Source of the DNA: Rebecca billardiae RCC1528
Taxonomy: Eukaryota > Protista > Haptophyta
DNA length: 64,000 bases
Assembly: GCA_965240325.2 (NCBI GenBank)
Contig: OZ251230.1
Location: forward strand, 124,001 to 188,000
Direction of reading: 5' to 3'
Shown here: one piece after another, positions 1 to 10,564 of the stretch
Layout: every line of letters begins with the position of its first letter
How positions within the stretch are numbered: the stretch's first letter is position 1
Notes under the pieces: model-generated
Told to the model about the DNA's origin: nothing
Seen by the model: only the letters and a program-made list of their open reading frames with translations
Databases searched by the model: none
Program-made: the position numbers and the translations under genes

Positions 1-519
1 CTCAACTCGGTCGACGGCGGCGCTGAGGTGCAGCAGCGTGAGGACGAGCAGCCAGCCAGTCCCGAACGCTCGCAAGACACTGCTGCACGCAAGCGGCGGC
101 CACGTAGCGCGAGGAGCTGCGCTGGGAATGCGCCGCGCGCGTCGACGCGGCGATCACCGGGCTGCAGGCCTCGGCCGTCGACGCGTTGCGCACCCTCGCC
201 GCCAGCCGCGACGAGTCCGCCGTCGAGCTGCAGCCGAGCTGCAGCCGAGCTGCGCGCGCAGATGGGCGGCGTCACAGGCACACAGACACTGACAGACAGG
301 CCGTGCATGCCAGCACGTGCGCGCGGAGGCGCTGTGCGCCGAGCTGGCGAAGCGCGACGCCGAGCGCGACGCGCTGCGCGACGCGGCGACGGACGCGCTG
401 GGCGCGCGCGGCGCCCTCGTCGCGACGCCCCGTGCAGCAGCTCGAGCAGCCAGCTGTGCGGAGTAGACGGCCGTCGAGGCGATCGGCGCCGGTTCAGGAG
501 CGCGCACAGGCTCCGAGCC

Positions 520-809
520 TGCCGTTGGCTGGCCGCCGCCGTCTTCGAGGCCGCCGACGCGGCGGAGGAGGCGGCGGGCGAGCACGGCGGCGCGGTGGAG
601 CAGGCGCGCACGCGCCGCGGCAGGCGCGACGCGCCGCTCGCCTCGTTCCACCCCGAGCTCCGCTCGCTCGGTCTCGGTGCGCGGCTGCGCAGCGGCAGGC
701 CGGGGCAGCCGAGTGGCGCGCGCTCTCGCTCTGCCGGCACGAGGCGCGCCGGCTGAGCGACCAGCGGCCCGTCGTCGAGCGCATGGCGCAGCGCGAGCAC
801 CTCAAGCAG
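520..809 (+). pseudogene. possible degraded coding fragment
   Basis: Protein-like stretches in two different frames (LAAAVFEAADAAEEAAGEHGG...LASFHPELRSLGL; RLSDQRPVVERMAQREHLKQ), followed by a CAG|GTGCGC donor-like site and intron-like CG-rich sequence. No complete gene model can be built. Confidence 0.25.
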
Positions 810-969
810 GTGCGCCCGCACGCGCGCACGCGCCGGCCCGCGCCGCGCGCCGCCTCTCGCCCTGCGCGCGCGCGCCGCCCCAGCGGCCGCTTCCCCGCGC
901 GCGGCCCGCGCGGCGACAGTCCTCAGGCGAACTGTTACACATGTCAGACTGACAGTGACAGCCGACGGC

Positions 970-1036
970 CGACGGAGGGTGCACCGCGGGCCTCTAACTG
1001 CGTTGGTTCTACGGAAGGACCGCGGAACGCGGTCAT
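970..1036. repeat. dispersed ~70-bp repeat ending in a GACCGCG-GAA-CGCGGTC hairpin (copy 1)
   Basis: Near-identical to 12416-12491; perfect 7-bp-stem hairpin at the 3' end. Confidence 0.8.
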
Positions 1037-1297
1037 ACTACGTCATCACGGAGCAGTGCCCCGGAGTCGTCGTTATCGGGCGGCGGCTCAGCCGGCAATC
1101 GCCAATCCCGAACTCCGCCGCCGCAACGACAGTTCTAGCTGCCAGCTCGGCAGAATAGGGCGCTCGGATGGATAGTGATGCGCCACTGCTCGCTGCTGCT
1201 CGTAGTCTGATGGCGCGCGCGTCATCCCGACGATATGATGACGACGACATCTATCTGCTTCATGTCCGCGCGCGATGAGGCTCCACGCGTCGCGGCC

Positions 1298-1951
1298 TCA
1301 CGCGACCCAGTCGCGCGCGCTCGCGCCGCCGCGCACGGCAATCTCCGCGATTGAGGGCGGCCGTGGTGGCTTGCCGGCGTGCGAGCTCTGGCCCTCGACG
1401 GGCCAGTATTTTTCGAAGGCCCAGTCGATCGCGTGCTCGCACGGCTCGTCGAGCAGCGTGGGCAGGAATGGGATCAGCGCGAGCCCCGTGACGGTCGGGC
1501 CCCACTTTGTGAACCGGCCCGCGCGCTTGAACATTGTGCCCGCGACGTGCACGGTCTGGTGGATCATCACGGCGGGGAGCACGAGCGATGCGCTCAGCTG
1601 GAAGAGCGTCGCGTGCGCCGCCGCGCGCGGCACGTTGGGCTCCGGCTTCTGCGCCTCCTTGTACGCCGTGTACCCGATGTCGCCCGTGATGTACGCGATC
1701 GCGAGGCCGTACGTCGCGTTCACCGCCCAGCGCGGCACGATGGGGCGGAAGGCCTCGCCCACGTCGCTCGCGTACGCGGTGTACCGCACGTTCATAAGCG
1801 CCGCGCGGCCCACCGTCGCCATCTTCACGTTGAACAGCTGCCGGATGCGCAGGCCGAACGCGGCGTAGCGTTCGGCCGACTCGTCGAGCTGCTCCGCCTC
1901 CTCCGCCTGCCCCTGCGCGTGCGCGAGCCCCATGTTCGTGTCCACGCCCAT
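1298..1951 (-). CDS. MTFP1: mitochondrial fission process protein 1 (MTP18 family)
   Basis: RYTAYASDVGEAFRPIVPRWAVNATYGLAIAY, TLFQLSASLVLPAVMIH and KWGPTVTGLALIPFLPTLLDEP are MTP18 family motifs. First in-frame ATG at 1951. Confidence 0.92.
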   Translation of the reverse strand: MGVDTNMGLAHAQGQAEEAEQLDESAERYAAFGLRIRQLFNVKMATVGRAALMNVRYTAYASDVGEAFRPIVPRWAVNATYGLAIAYITGDIGYTAYKEAQKPEPNVPRAAAHATLFQLSASLVLPAVMIHQTVHVAGTMFKRAGRFTKWGPTVTGLALIPFLPTLLDEPCEHAIDWAFEKYWPVEGQSSHAGKPPRPPSIAEIAVRGGASARDWVA

Positions 1952-2203
1952 GCCTGCGGGCGCGGGCGCGGGCGGCGCGCGCCGAAGTGGGAGGTTGAGC
2001 GCGCGCGCACGCGCGGGGAGCGCGGCTGGCGCGGGCCGCCCCGCTTCCCGCGCGACGCGCACCTCCTCCGCGCGTCAGCCCCAGACCAAACCTGCGCCGC
2101 GGATGCAGCGACGCCGCTCGCTGCTGAGCCAGCAGTGGCAGCGAGGCTTTCAGCTTGGCTTGTGCTCGACGCTGATTGAGGGAGCACGGCCGAACTCGGA
2201 CTC

Positions 2204-2279
2204 GTGTGAAGGTCCCTCCCACTGGGACCTTCACACGTCTCGAGGGACCTTCACACGTTCGACGAGTGAAGGTCCCTCC
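2204..2279. repeat. sub-terminal array of GTGAAGGTCCC motifs in both orientations (mirrored near 6745-6820)
   Basis: Four copies: GTGTGAAGGTCCC, GGGACCTTCACAC twice, GTGAAGGTCCC. Arrangement typical of transposase-binding motifs. Confidence 0.8.
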
Positions 2280-3039
2280 GCTGGCGCCGCCCGTTGGCGC
2301 TGGATGGGATGGCCGCGTGCGTGCGCGAGCGCCCGCCTCGCGTCGCGCGCCCCGCGCGCAGAGCGCGCGCTCGGCCGCGCGCGACGCGGCGAAGTCGAGG
2401 CTGACATGCCCCTGGCCCACTTCGCGCCGCGCAACGCCGCCCACGCCCATCGCCGCTCGCACGCGCAGGCCTGCCGCGCACGGCTTGGGCTTTTCAGCAC
2501 AGGCTGGCGGCGGCGCGCCGGGCCGAGGGCTCGGCCAGTGTTGTGCCCCTCGGCCAGGCCGAGACTTGGCGGAGGCGCGGGTAGTGCCATCGCCTGCCCA
2601 GATCCCGGGCCTCGCCGTCAGAGTGTGCACGCGAGGCGCGCTGTCGTGGTCGACAGGTGAGGCGCCGCGTGCTCGCCCTCGAGCGGGCAGCGGACATACC
2701 GGCAGGCGCGCGCGCACACAGCGGGGCTGTCGAGCTGCTTCCGGCTGGTTAGATCGACGGCGCATGCCCTGGCCCTGGTCTGGGAGGCGTGCGCGGGTTC
2801 GGAGGCCGGTGAACGCTCGGCGCGGACCCACGTGTCTTGCCGGGCACGGTTGCGCGACAGCTCTGCAGCCAGTCTCGAGGCTGAGTGGCATCAGAGCGCT
2901 TGCCGGCGTGCTGGCGGGCTCAGCCGCCGGGCCGATGCCCACGCCTTGGCCGGGATGCGACCGGCCTCCGCGTCCTCCGCAGCCGCCTGGAGCCGTCGAC
3001 CCGCTGCCCACGGCCCGCGGCCGGCAGGCCGCTTGGCGG

Positions 3040-3760
3040 ATGGCCAGAGGAGCAGGCGGCCGAGCCGGCTGGGCGGCAGCGAGGGTGGTGGGGATGGAGG
3101 CGGGCTCGGCGGCGGAGGCGGCGGAGGCGGGCTTGATAGCGGGCTCGGCGGCGGCGAGGATAGCAGGTTCAGTGCTGGCGATGACGGTGGGCTTGGCGGT
3201 GAGCTCGGCGGTGGCTGACGTGGCAGACTTGGCGGTGGGATCGGCTGCCGGCGGCTTGGTGGCAGCGGAGGCGGCGGCGACGGGATCGAGCTCGGCGGCG
3301 TGGTCGGAGGCGGTGCTGATGGCGGCGATGATGCTAGCGGGCTTGTTGGCGGCGATGTAGGCAGCGACGGCTGCGGGCTCAGCGGCGGGCTTTGTGGCGG
3401 CGATGTAGGCGTTGATGACGGTGGTGGGCTCAGCGGCGGGGTCGGTAGCGGCGACGGCAGCGGCAGGCTCGAGGTGGGCTTGGTGGCGGTGATGGCGGCC
3501 GGGCTCGGCTATGGACTTTGCGGCGGTGGGCTCGGGGGCGGAGTCGGTGGCGGCGAAGGTGGCGAACCCAGCGCTAGGCTTGGCGCTGGGGTGGAGGAGA
3601 CGGGCTTGGTTGTCCGTGGTGGGCTTGGTGGCGGCGATTTGGCGATGATGGCTGTGAGCGGCGGAGTGGCCGTGAGCTCGGCAGAGGTGACGGTGGCTCG
3701 GGAACGGTGGCTGGCTCGGCGGCGGCTTCGGCGGCCGCGACGGAGACGGGCTGTGAGGCG
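3040..3760 (-). pseudogene. degenerate Ser-Pro(n) (extensin/HRGP-like) coding fragment inside the element
   Basis: The plus strand is GGC/GGT-repeat rich; the reverse complement reads SPPPPPPPPSPPPSPPP-type repeats interrupted by stops and frameshifts. Confidence 0.5.
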
Positions 3761-4836
3761 GCTAGGGCGGTGGTGTGGGATGGGATTACTGCGTCACTGT
3801 TGCCCTCGGTCAGAGCTTGGCGGGGACACAGCGCGGCCAAGCTCCGGGCGTTGGCGCTGCCGCCAGGTCGGCCGCAGGCCACCCACTCGTCGGCAAAGCT
3901 TGGGCGGCAGCGATGCCCAGACATGAAGGAGGGCACTGCGGGATCGCTGCGTCACCTCGGGAAGGCTGAGTCCATGAGAGAGATGATCGGCACTGCCCCG
4001 TCTGGTGGAGTTCGATGAGCTGACTTAGACTACTTTTGCGACCGTAGGCTGCTGCTCGGCCTTGTCAGAGTCGTCATCCAACCTAGCGCCAGCGCGGCGC
4101 AGTACGTATCGATTGAGTCATTGCGCGGACCAGCAGCATGAGACGTCATCGCGACTCGGAGTTCGTCACGTGCCACTCAACCGCGTCCGACCCGCCCCAC
4201 TGCCACCTTGGGCAGGCGCCTGCAGACGATACGGCGGGCCAGCATCATAAGCTGCGCTCCTGCTGAGTGCTGGCTGATGATGACTGCGTCAGACGACTGC
4301 GCATTGCAGCCGCAGCCATACCGTACATACGCTCTCAGCGGGACTACGCGCGAGTTGTTCTGCCTTCTAGCGGTGCCGGCACGTGGCGCGACGATTCTGG
4401 CGTCATTATCACTTGACGACTCGACTGATCACGACGAGTGGCCCTTCTCAAGCAAGTGCAGCAGCATTAGAAGTATAGCCTACACTCGTCCGTCGTCGTC
4501 TGGTTCCCCTGAGAAGTCTTCTGGAATGCATCAGCGACATGCTCCCGCAGCCTGGTCAGTGGTCCAAGCCAGTCACATCCGGCAGCCTGACATCATCCCA
4601 CATGCCGCGTGGGCAGAGAGGCGCGCTATGCCCACGCGACTGGCTTCCTAGAAGCTGCCGTGACGGAACGAGTGTCAGCAGTGGACCGCCGGCCGGTGCC
4701 GCGCGCCGCACCGCCGGGCCCAATGGCAACGAACACCCGGTGGCCGGCGGTGCGGCCCTAGGCTAGTGCGGCGGATCTATCGCGTATAGAACGACCGGCC
4801 GTGACGCGCTCTGCACCACGTACATTCAGACGCGGC

Positions 4837-6470
4837 AATGAGCAGCATGCACCACCGTCCGGCCGTCTCAGGTCGCTGTCGTCGGCAGCCAGCCGGTGCC
4901 GGGCACGGTGGCGCCGGGCGCTCGTAGCTGAAGGACCGCGATCAAGGATTGATTGCCAAGTCGTCAGCCGACGACTGGGAAGTTGAGCCTGATGCTGCCC
5001 GCTGCCGGTTCGCGGGACGAATGACGAGCAGCCTATGGCCCGTGAACCTGCTTCAGCTCCTAGAACTCTTCCAGACGTGGTGAGGATATCCCTCACGAAC
5101 TCAGCCCTCTCGCGCTGACGCAGCGCGTCTTGCGGCCTGCTGCGTGCCGCGAGCTATCGGACAGCGCGGCCCGCCGGCCGCGGGCCTTGGGCGGCGGGTC
5201 GACGGCTCCAGGCGGCTGCGGAGGACGCGGGGGCCGGTCGCATCCCGGCCAAGGCGTGGGCATCGGCTCGGCGGTTGGGCCCGTCAGCACGCCGGCAAGC
5301 GCTCTGATGCCACTCGAGACTGGCTGCCGAGCTGTCGCGCAACCGTGCCCGGCAAGACACGTGGGTCCGCGCCGAGCGTTCACCGGCCTCCGAACCCGCG
5401 CACGCCTACCAGCCCAGGGCCAGGGCACGCGCCGTCGAGCTGCCCAGCCGCAAGCAGCTCGACAGCCCCGCTGTGTGCGCGCGCGCCTGCCGGTCCGTCT
5501 GCTGCCCGCTCGAGGGCGAGCACGCGGCGCCTCACCTGTCGACCACGACAGCGCGCCTCGCGTGCACACTCTGATGGCGAGGCCCGGGATCTGGGCAGGC
5601 GATGGCACTACCCGCGCCTCCGCCAAGTCTCGGCCTGGCCGAGCCTGCCACAACGAGCAGCATGCACCACAGTCCGGCCGTCTCAGGTCACTGTCGTCGG
5701 CAGCCAGCATTCGCCGGGCGCGATGGCGCCGGACGCTCGCGCGCGATCAAGGATTGATTGCCATCAAGTCGTCAGCCGTCGACTGGGAAGCTGAGCCTGA
5801 TGCTGCCCGCTGCCGGGTCGCGGGACGAATAACGAGCAGCCTACGGTCCGTGAACCTGCGTTAGCTCCTAGAACGCTTTCAGACGTGGTGAGGATCTCCC
5901 TCACGACCTCAGCCCTCTCGCGCTGACGCAGCGCGTCCGCTGCCACTCTACGGCCCTGCTTCCTGCTGCGTGCCGCGAGCTCTCGGACAGCCCGGCCCGC
6001 CGGCCGCGGGCCGTGGGCAGCGGGTCGACGGCTCCAGGCGGCTGCGGAGGACGCGGAGGCCGGTCGCATCCCGGCCAAGGCGTGGGCATCGGCCCGGCGG
6101 CTGAGCCCGCCAGCACGCCGGCAAGCGCTCTGATGCCACTCAGCCTCGAGACTGGCTGCAGAGCTGTCGCGCAACCGTGCCCGGCAAGACACGTGGGTCC
6201 GCGCCGAGCGTTCACCGGCCTCCGAACCCGCGCACGCCTCCCAGACCAGGGCCAGGGCATGCGCCGTCGATCTAACCAGCCGGAAGCAGCTCGACAGCCC
6301 CGCTGTGTGCGCGCGCGCCTGCCGGTATGTCCGCTGCCCGCTCGAGGGCGAGCACGCGGCGCCTCACCTGTCGACCACGACAGCGCGCCTCGCGTGCACA
6401 CTCTGACGGCGAGGCCCGGGATCTGGGCAGGCGATGGCACTACCCGCGCCTCCGCCAAGTCTCGGCCTGG
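4837..6470. repeat. diverged tandem duplication (~813-bp unit) inside the element
   Basis: CAATGAGCAGCATGCACCAC at 4837 recurs as CAACGAGCAGCATGCACCAC at 5650. 5170-5645 is a diverged copy of the inner part of the right TIR. Confidence 0.85.
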
Positions 6471-6970
6471 CCGAGGGGCACAACACTGGCCGAGCCCTCG
6501 GCCCGGCGCGCCGCCGCCAGCCTGTGCTGAAAAGCCCAAGCCGTGCGCGGCAGGCCTGCGCGTGCGAGCGGCGATGGGCGTGGGCGGCGTTGCGCGGCGC
6601 GAAGTGGGCCAGGGGCATGTCAGCCTCGACTTCGCCGCGTCGCGCGCGGCCGAGCGCGCGCTCTGCGCGCGGGGCGCGCGACGCGAGGCGGGCGCTCGCG
6701 CACGCACGCGGCCATCCCATCCAGCGCCAACGGGCGGCGCCAGCGGAGGGACCTTCACTCGTCGAACGTGTGAAGGTCCCTCGAGACGTGTGAAGGTCCC
6801 AGTGGGAGGGACCTTCACACGAGTCCGAGTTCGGCCGTGCTCCCTCTGATTGGCCGGGCGGCGTGCGCAAGCGGAAGAGGCGTGAGGGTGAGCGCCGGTT
6901 GGCCGACGCTGTTCGGCGAGGGCGCCGAGACCGAACGAGTCCTGGGCGCGCCAACACACGCGCCGCAGCC

Positions 6971-8722
6971 ATGGCCGCCGCAGCCGAGCCCAACGCCTCG
7001 GTCGAGGCGACGGAGGCGTTGCTCAACGGGCTGTGCGAGGCGGCGGACGTGCTCCTCGTCCCCATCCCGCGCAGCGCCCTCGCGTCCAGCCCGTCCGAGT
7101 CCGACGCGTCCGCGTGCGCCGCGGAGATCTCGCGACTGCTCGGGCACGTGGCGGCCTCGCGCGCCGCGGGCAAGGGCGGCGGCGCGGCGGGCGCCGAGGA
7201 GGGCGCGGACTTTGTGGAGCGCGCGCAGGCGGCGCGGCTGAGCCAGCAGCTCCGCGCGCTCCTCCTCGCCCGCGGCGCCGAGCTCGTGCAGCACGCGCCC
7301 GACGTGTGCGTGCTGCGCGCGCGCGTGCGCGAGCTCACCGCCGCGGTCGACGCGCAGCTCGACCTGCTGGAGGACAACCGCACGCAGGTGCTCGAGCGGC
7401 TGCGCGACGCGTCCGAGCGCGCCGAGTCGCTCGCCACGCAGCTCCGCGACGCGCGGCGCGCCCTCTCCGACGCGGACGACCGGCAGGACTTCCTGGTCGC
7501 CTCGCTGCTCGACGCGGAGCGCGCGGCGAGCGCGAGCGCTGCGCAGCGGGACGCGGCGGAGGCGGCGGTGCACGCGGCGGAGGGGCGGGCGGGCACGCTG
7601 GAGGCGCGGCTGCGCGAGGTCGAGGCCGAGCTCGCCGCCGCGCGCACCGCCGCCGCCGCCGACCGCGCCGCGCGCCTCGCCGCGCGCGAGGAGGAGGTGG
7701 GCGAGCGGCGGCGCTGCCGCACGCTGCAGCTCGAGCTGGGCGCGCAGCGGCAGCGCGCGACCGAGATCGGCGGCGCGATCGACGAGACGTGGCGCGCGCT
7801 CTCGGCGGTGAGCGCGAGGGCGGCGGGCGCGCTCGAGCCCGCGCGCCGCGCCGCAGTCGACGCCGCCGCCGCCGCCTCGCTCGCGGACGCGGACGCGGAC
7901 GGCGCGGCGCCCGCGGCCGCGCGCGCCGCGCCGCGGCCGCGCGCGCCGCGCGCGGCCGCGGCCGCGCCGCCGTCGCGCCTCGACGCCATGTCGAGCGCGG
8001 TGGTGGTGGCCGTGAAGCACAACCTGCGCATGCTGCGCGCGAACACGGAGGCGTCGGCGCAGCGCGTCGCCGAGGTCGTCGCCGTCGAGCGCGAGGACCT
8101 CCGCCGCCAGGCCTCGCGCGACGACGCGGCCGCGCGCCGCGCGCTCGCCAAGGCGGCCGCGGCGGTCGCAGAGGCGAGCGGAGGCGCGGCCGCAGCCAGC
8201 GGGGCGCCGTCGCCCGCGGGCTCGTGGGCCGGCTCGCCCGCGCGGCCGGCGGGCGCGCGCGCGAGAGAGAGCGGCAGCGCCGCCCTCGCGCCCGCGCGCT
8301 CGCCCCGCTCGCCCCGCTCCCCGCTGCCGCACTCGCCCCTCGGGCTGGAGGCCAACCTGCACACGCGCGATGCGCAGCTGCAGCCTCGCGATGCGCAGCT
8401 GCACACGCGCGAGGCGCGGCGCGAGGCGGCGCTGCGGCAGGAGCACCGGACGGGCGGCGCGGGGAGCGCGGGGCGGGCGGCTGGCGAGGCGGGGCGCGGC
8501 GGCGAGGAGGTGGGCGACGGGACGGATGGCGGGCGCGCGCGCGCGGCTGGGGCGCCGAGCGGTGCGCGCGAGGACGGGCCCGAGGAGGACGCGCCCGAGA
8601 GCCCCGCGGCCGCCGCCGCGCCGGGGGCGGCGGCGGCGCCGGCCGGTGCGCCGCCGAGCGCACCCGAGCCGCCGCCGATCGGCGGCAGCCTGCGCGCGCA
8701 GAACGCGAGCATCGAGGAGTGA
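6971..8722 (+). CDS. uncharacterised coiled-coil protein
   Basis: Long single-exon ORF, GC3-biased codons, heptad-like E/R/A/L-rich segments; GCCATGG start context at 6971. Confidence 0.75.
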   Translation: MAAAAEPNASVEATEALLNGLCEAADVLLVPIPRSALASSPSESDASACAAEISRLLGHVAASRAAGKGGGAAGAEEGADFVERAQAARLSQQLRALLLARGAELVQHAPDVCVLRARVRELTAAVDAQLDLLEDNRTQVLERLRDASERAESLATQLRDARRALSDADDRQDFLVASLLDAERAASASAAQRDAAEAAVHAAEGRAGTLEARLREVEAELAAARTAAAADRAARLAAREEEVGERRRCRTLQLELGAQRQRATEIGGAIDETWRALSAVSARAAGALEPARRAAVDAAAAASLADADADGAAPAAARAAPRPRAPRAAAAAPPSRLDAMSSAVVVAVKHNLRMLRANTEASAQRVAEVVAVEREDLRRQASRDDAAARRALAKAAAAVAEASGGAAAASGAPSPAGSWAGSPARPAGARARESGSAALAPARSPRSPRSPLPHSPLGLEANLHTRDAQLQPRDAQLHTREARREAALRQEHRTGGAGSAGRAAGEAGRGGEEVGDGTDGGRARAAGAPSGAREDGPEEDAPESPAAAAAPGAAAAPAGAPPSAPEPPPIGGSLRAQNASIEE

Positions 8723-8980
8723 CGCGCCCGGCCGGGGCGCTGCGCTGCCCGGCTGGTGTGGGCATGGGCATGCGAGCACGAGGAGTGACGGTGAGCTGAC
8801 GATGCCGTATAATACTGTACGCCTCGGACAGTCTCACCAAGGGGGTTCAGTCTGAAGAACTCATCAGTCCGGCGGCGATCTGGACTGCGGTGGGACTGCG
8901 AAAGGAAACGCCCCGGCCCGCGCCCGGCCCGGACGACCGGCCGACTCGCGAAGGTCGCGCGTTGCGTGTTTTCGACGCCG

Positions 8981-10564
8981 ATGACGACGGCCGCCCTGCT
9001 CGTCGCGCACGCGCTGTGCGCGGGCCTCGCGCTCGGCCGGCCGTCGGCGCTGGGCGCGCCGCCGCGCGCCGTGGGCCCCGCGGCGCGGCGCGCCACCGTC
9101 CTCGCCACGGCGCCGGGCGCCGCGCCGTCCGAGCTCCCGCTGCCGCCGGGCAAGGCGCGCGGCCCCCTGCGCGGCGTGCGCGAGACGCTCGCGTACCTCA
9201 AGGACCCGATCGGCTTCGTGCGGGCGCGCGTGGAGGAGTTCGGCCCGGTGTTCAGCACGACGATGTTCTTCCGCCCCACCGTCGTCGTCGGCGGCCCGTC
9301 CAACGTCGACGAGTTCCTCTCCAAGGAGGCGGGGCTGATCGAGCAGTCGTCGCTGCCGCCCATCTTCACCGAGCTGCACACGGAGTGGGGCGCGCTCAAC
9401 CTGCAGGGCGCGGCGCACATGGCGGCGCGGCAGGCGTACGCGCCGCTGCTCTCGCAGGCCGCGCTCGTGCGCTACCTGCCCACCGTCGAGGCGCGCGTCG
9501 CCGAGCTCGTCGCGCGCGCGGCGGCGCACGAGGGGCGCCACGAGGGGCGCGGCTTTGCGATCGCGGCCGAGGCGAAGCCGTGGGCCGTGCAGCTGTACGC
9601 CGAGCTGTTCGTGGGCGAGCAGCTCGAGCCGTCGGAGGTGCAGCTGCTGCTCGACTACAACGACGGCCTCCTCGCCCTCGGCCGCTGGTCGCGCGCGTAC
9701 CGCAAGGGGCGGCGCGCGCTGCAGACGCTGCGCGCCGCCTTGCTCGAGCGGCTCGCGCGCGCGCGCTCGAGCGGCGCGCTCGAGTCCGAGCCTCGGTACC
9801 ACTTCTTCAGGGCGCTGAGCGGCGCGGTGGACGAGCGCGGCGAGGCGTGGCCGGACGAGCGCATCGCCTCCGTCGCCGTCCTCTTCGTCTGGGGCGCGTA
9901 CGCCGAGACCGCCGCCCTGTTTGCGGAGACTCTCGTGCAGCTGGCGGAGCGGCCGCTCGTCGCGGCGCGCGTGCGCGCGGAGGCGGAGGCGGCGGGCGTG
10001 CGCGGCACGGACGCGGACGCGGACGCGCAGCGGCGGCTGGCGCAGTGGGACTCGCTCGCGTACACCTCGGGCGTGCTCAAGGAGTGCCTGCGCACGCAGC
10101 CCCCGACGGGCGGCGGCTTCCGCCTCGCCTCTGCCGACCTCTCCCTGGGCGGGTACCGCGTACCGCAGGGCTGGGTGGTGAGCGCTGACCCGCGCGTGCA
10201 GGCGCTCGACCCGGACCTCTTCCCCGCGGCGGAGCAGTTCGAGCCGGAGCGCTGGGTGAAGGCGTCGGCGGCCGCCGCGCCCGCCTCCGCCTCCGGCGGC
10301 TGCCCGTTCGCCGGCTCCGCCGCCGCGCTCGGCCGCACCGAGTGGTTCCCCGGCGGCACCGGCCGGCACGCGTGCCCCGGCGTGCCGCTGAGCGAGCTCG
10401 TGTCCAAGGTGTTCCTCGCGAGCTGGGCGCTGCGCTTCGAGAGCTGGGCGCCCGCGGACGGCGTGCCCACGTACGTGCCCGTGCCCATCCGGATGGTGGA
10501 CGACAGCTTCACGCTCACGCTCACCGAGCGCGCGCCCGCCGCGCGCGCCGCGCCGGCGGCGTAG
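8981..10564 (+). CDS. cytochrome P450, CYP120/CYP26-like, with N-terminal targeting extension
   Basis: LPLPPG hinge; ETLAYLKDP..F...RVEEFGPVFST; I-helix GAYAET; ExxR (ECLR); FEPERW; heme motif FPGGTGRHACPG. Confidence 0.92.
   Translation: MTTAALLVAHALCAGLALGRPSALGAPPRAVGPAARRATVLATAPGAAPSELPLPPGKARGPLRGVRETLAYLKDPIGFVRARVEEFGPVFSTTMFFRPTVVVGGPSNVDEFLSKEAGLIEQSSLPPIFTELHTEWGALNLQGAAHMAARQAYAPLLSQAALVRYLPTVEARVAELVARAAAHEGRHEGRGFAIAAEAKPWAVQLYAELFVGEQLEPSEVQLLLDYNDGLLALGRWSRAYRKGRRALQTLRAALLERLARARSSGALESEPRYHFFRALSGAVDERGEAWPDERIASVAVLFVWGAYAETAALFAETLVQLAERPLVAARVRAEAEAAGVRGTDADADAQRRLAQWDSLAYTSGVLKECLRTQPPTGGGFRLASADLSLGGYRVPQGWVVSADPRVQALDPDLFPAAEQFEPERWVKASAAAAPASASGGCPFAGSAAALGRTEWFPGGTGRHACPGVPLSELVSKVFLASWALRFESWAPADGVPTYVPVPIRMVDDSFTLTLTERAPAARAAPAA

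Larger units (their letters stand above)
2178..6846. mobile_element. non-autonomous element with ~848-bp terminal inverted repeats
   Basis: 2178-3025 is the reverse complement of 5999-6846, with termini GAGGGAGCACGG...CCGTGCTCCCTC. Flanked by TGATT direct repeats (2173-2177, 6847-6851), or CTGATTG if the TIR starts one base further in. No intact transposase ORF seen. Confidence 0.92.

Noticed and set aside
2204-2279. CRISPR-like repeat array
   Set aside because: Motifs are 11-15 bp, in mixed orientation, with no unique 30-40-bp spacers; eukaryotic context with no cas genes.
2176-3360. ORFs spanning the TIRs (2176-3360, 5901-6959, 1260-3011) as a transposase
   Set aside because: No DDE, zinc-finger or integrase motifs; low-complexity translations duplicated only because the TIR is duplicated.
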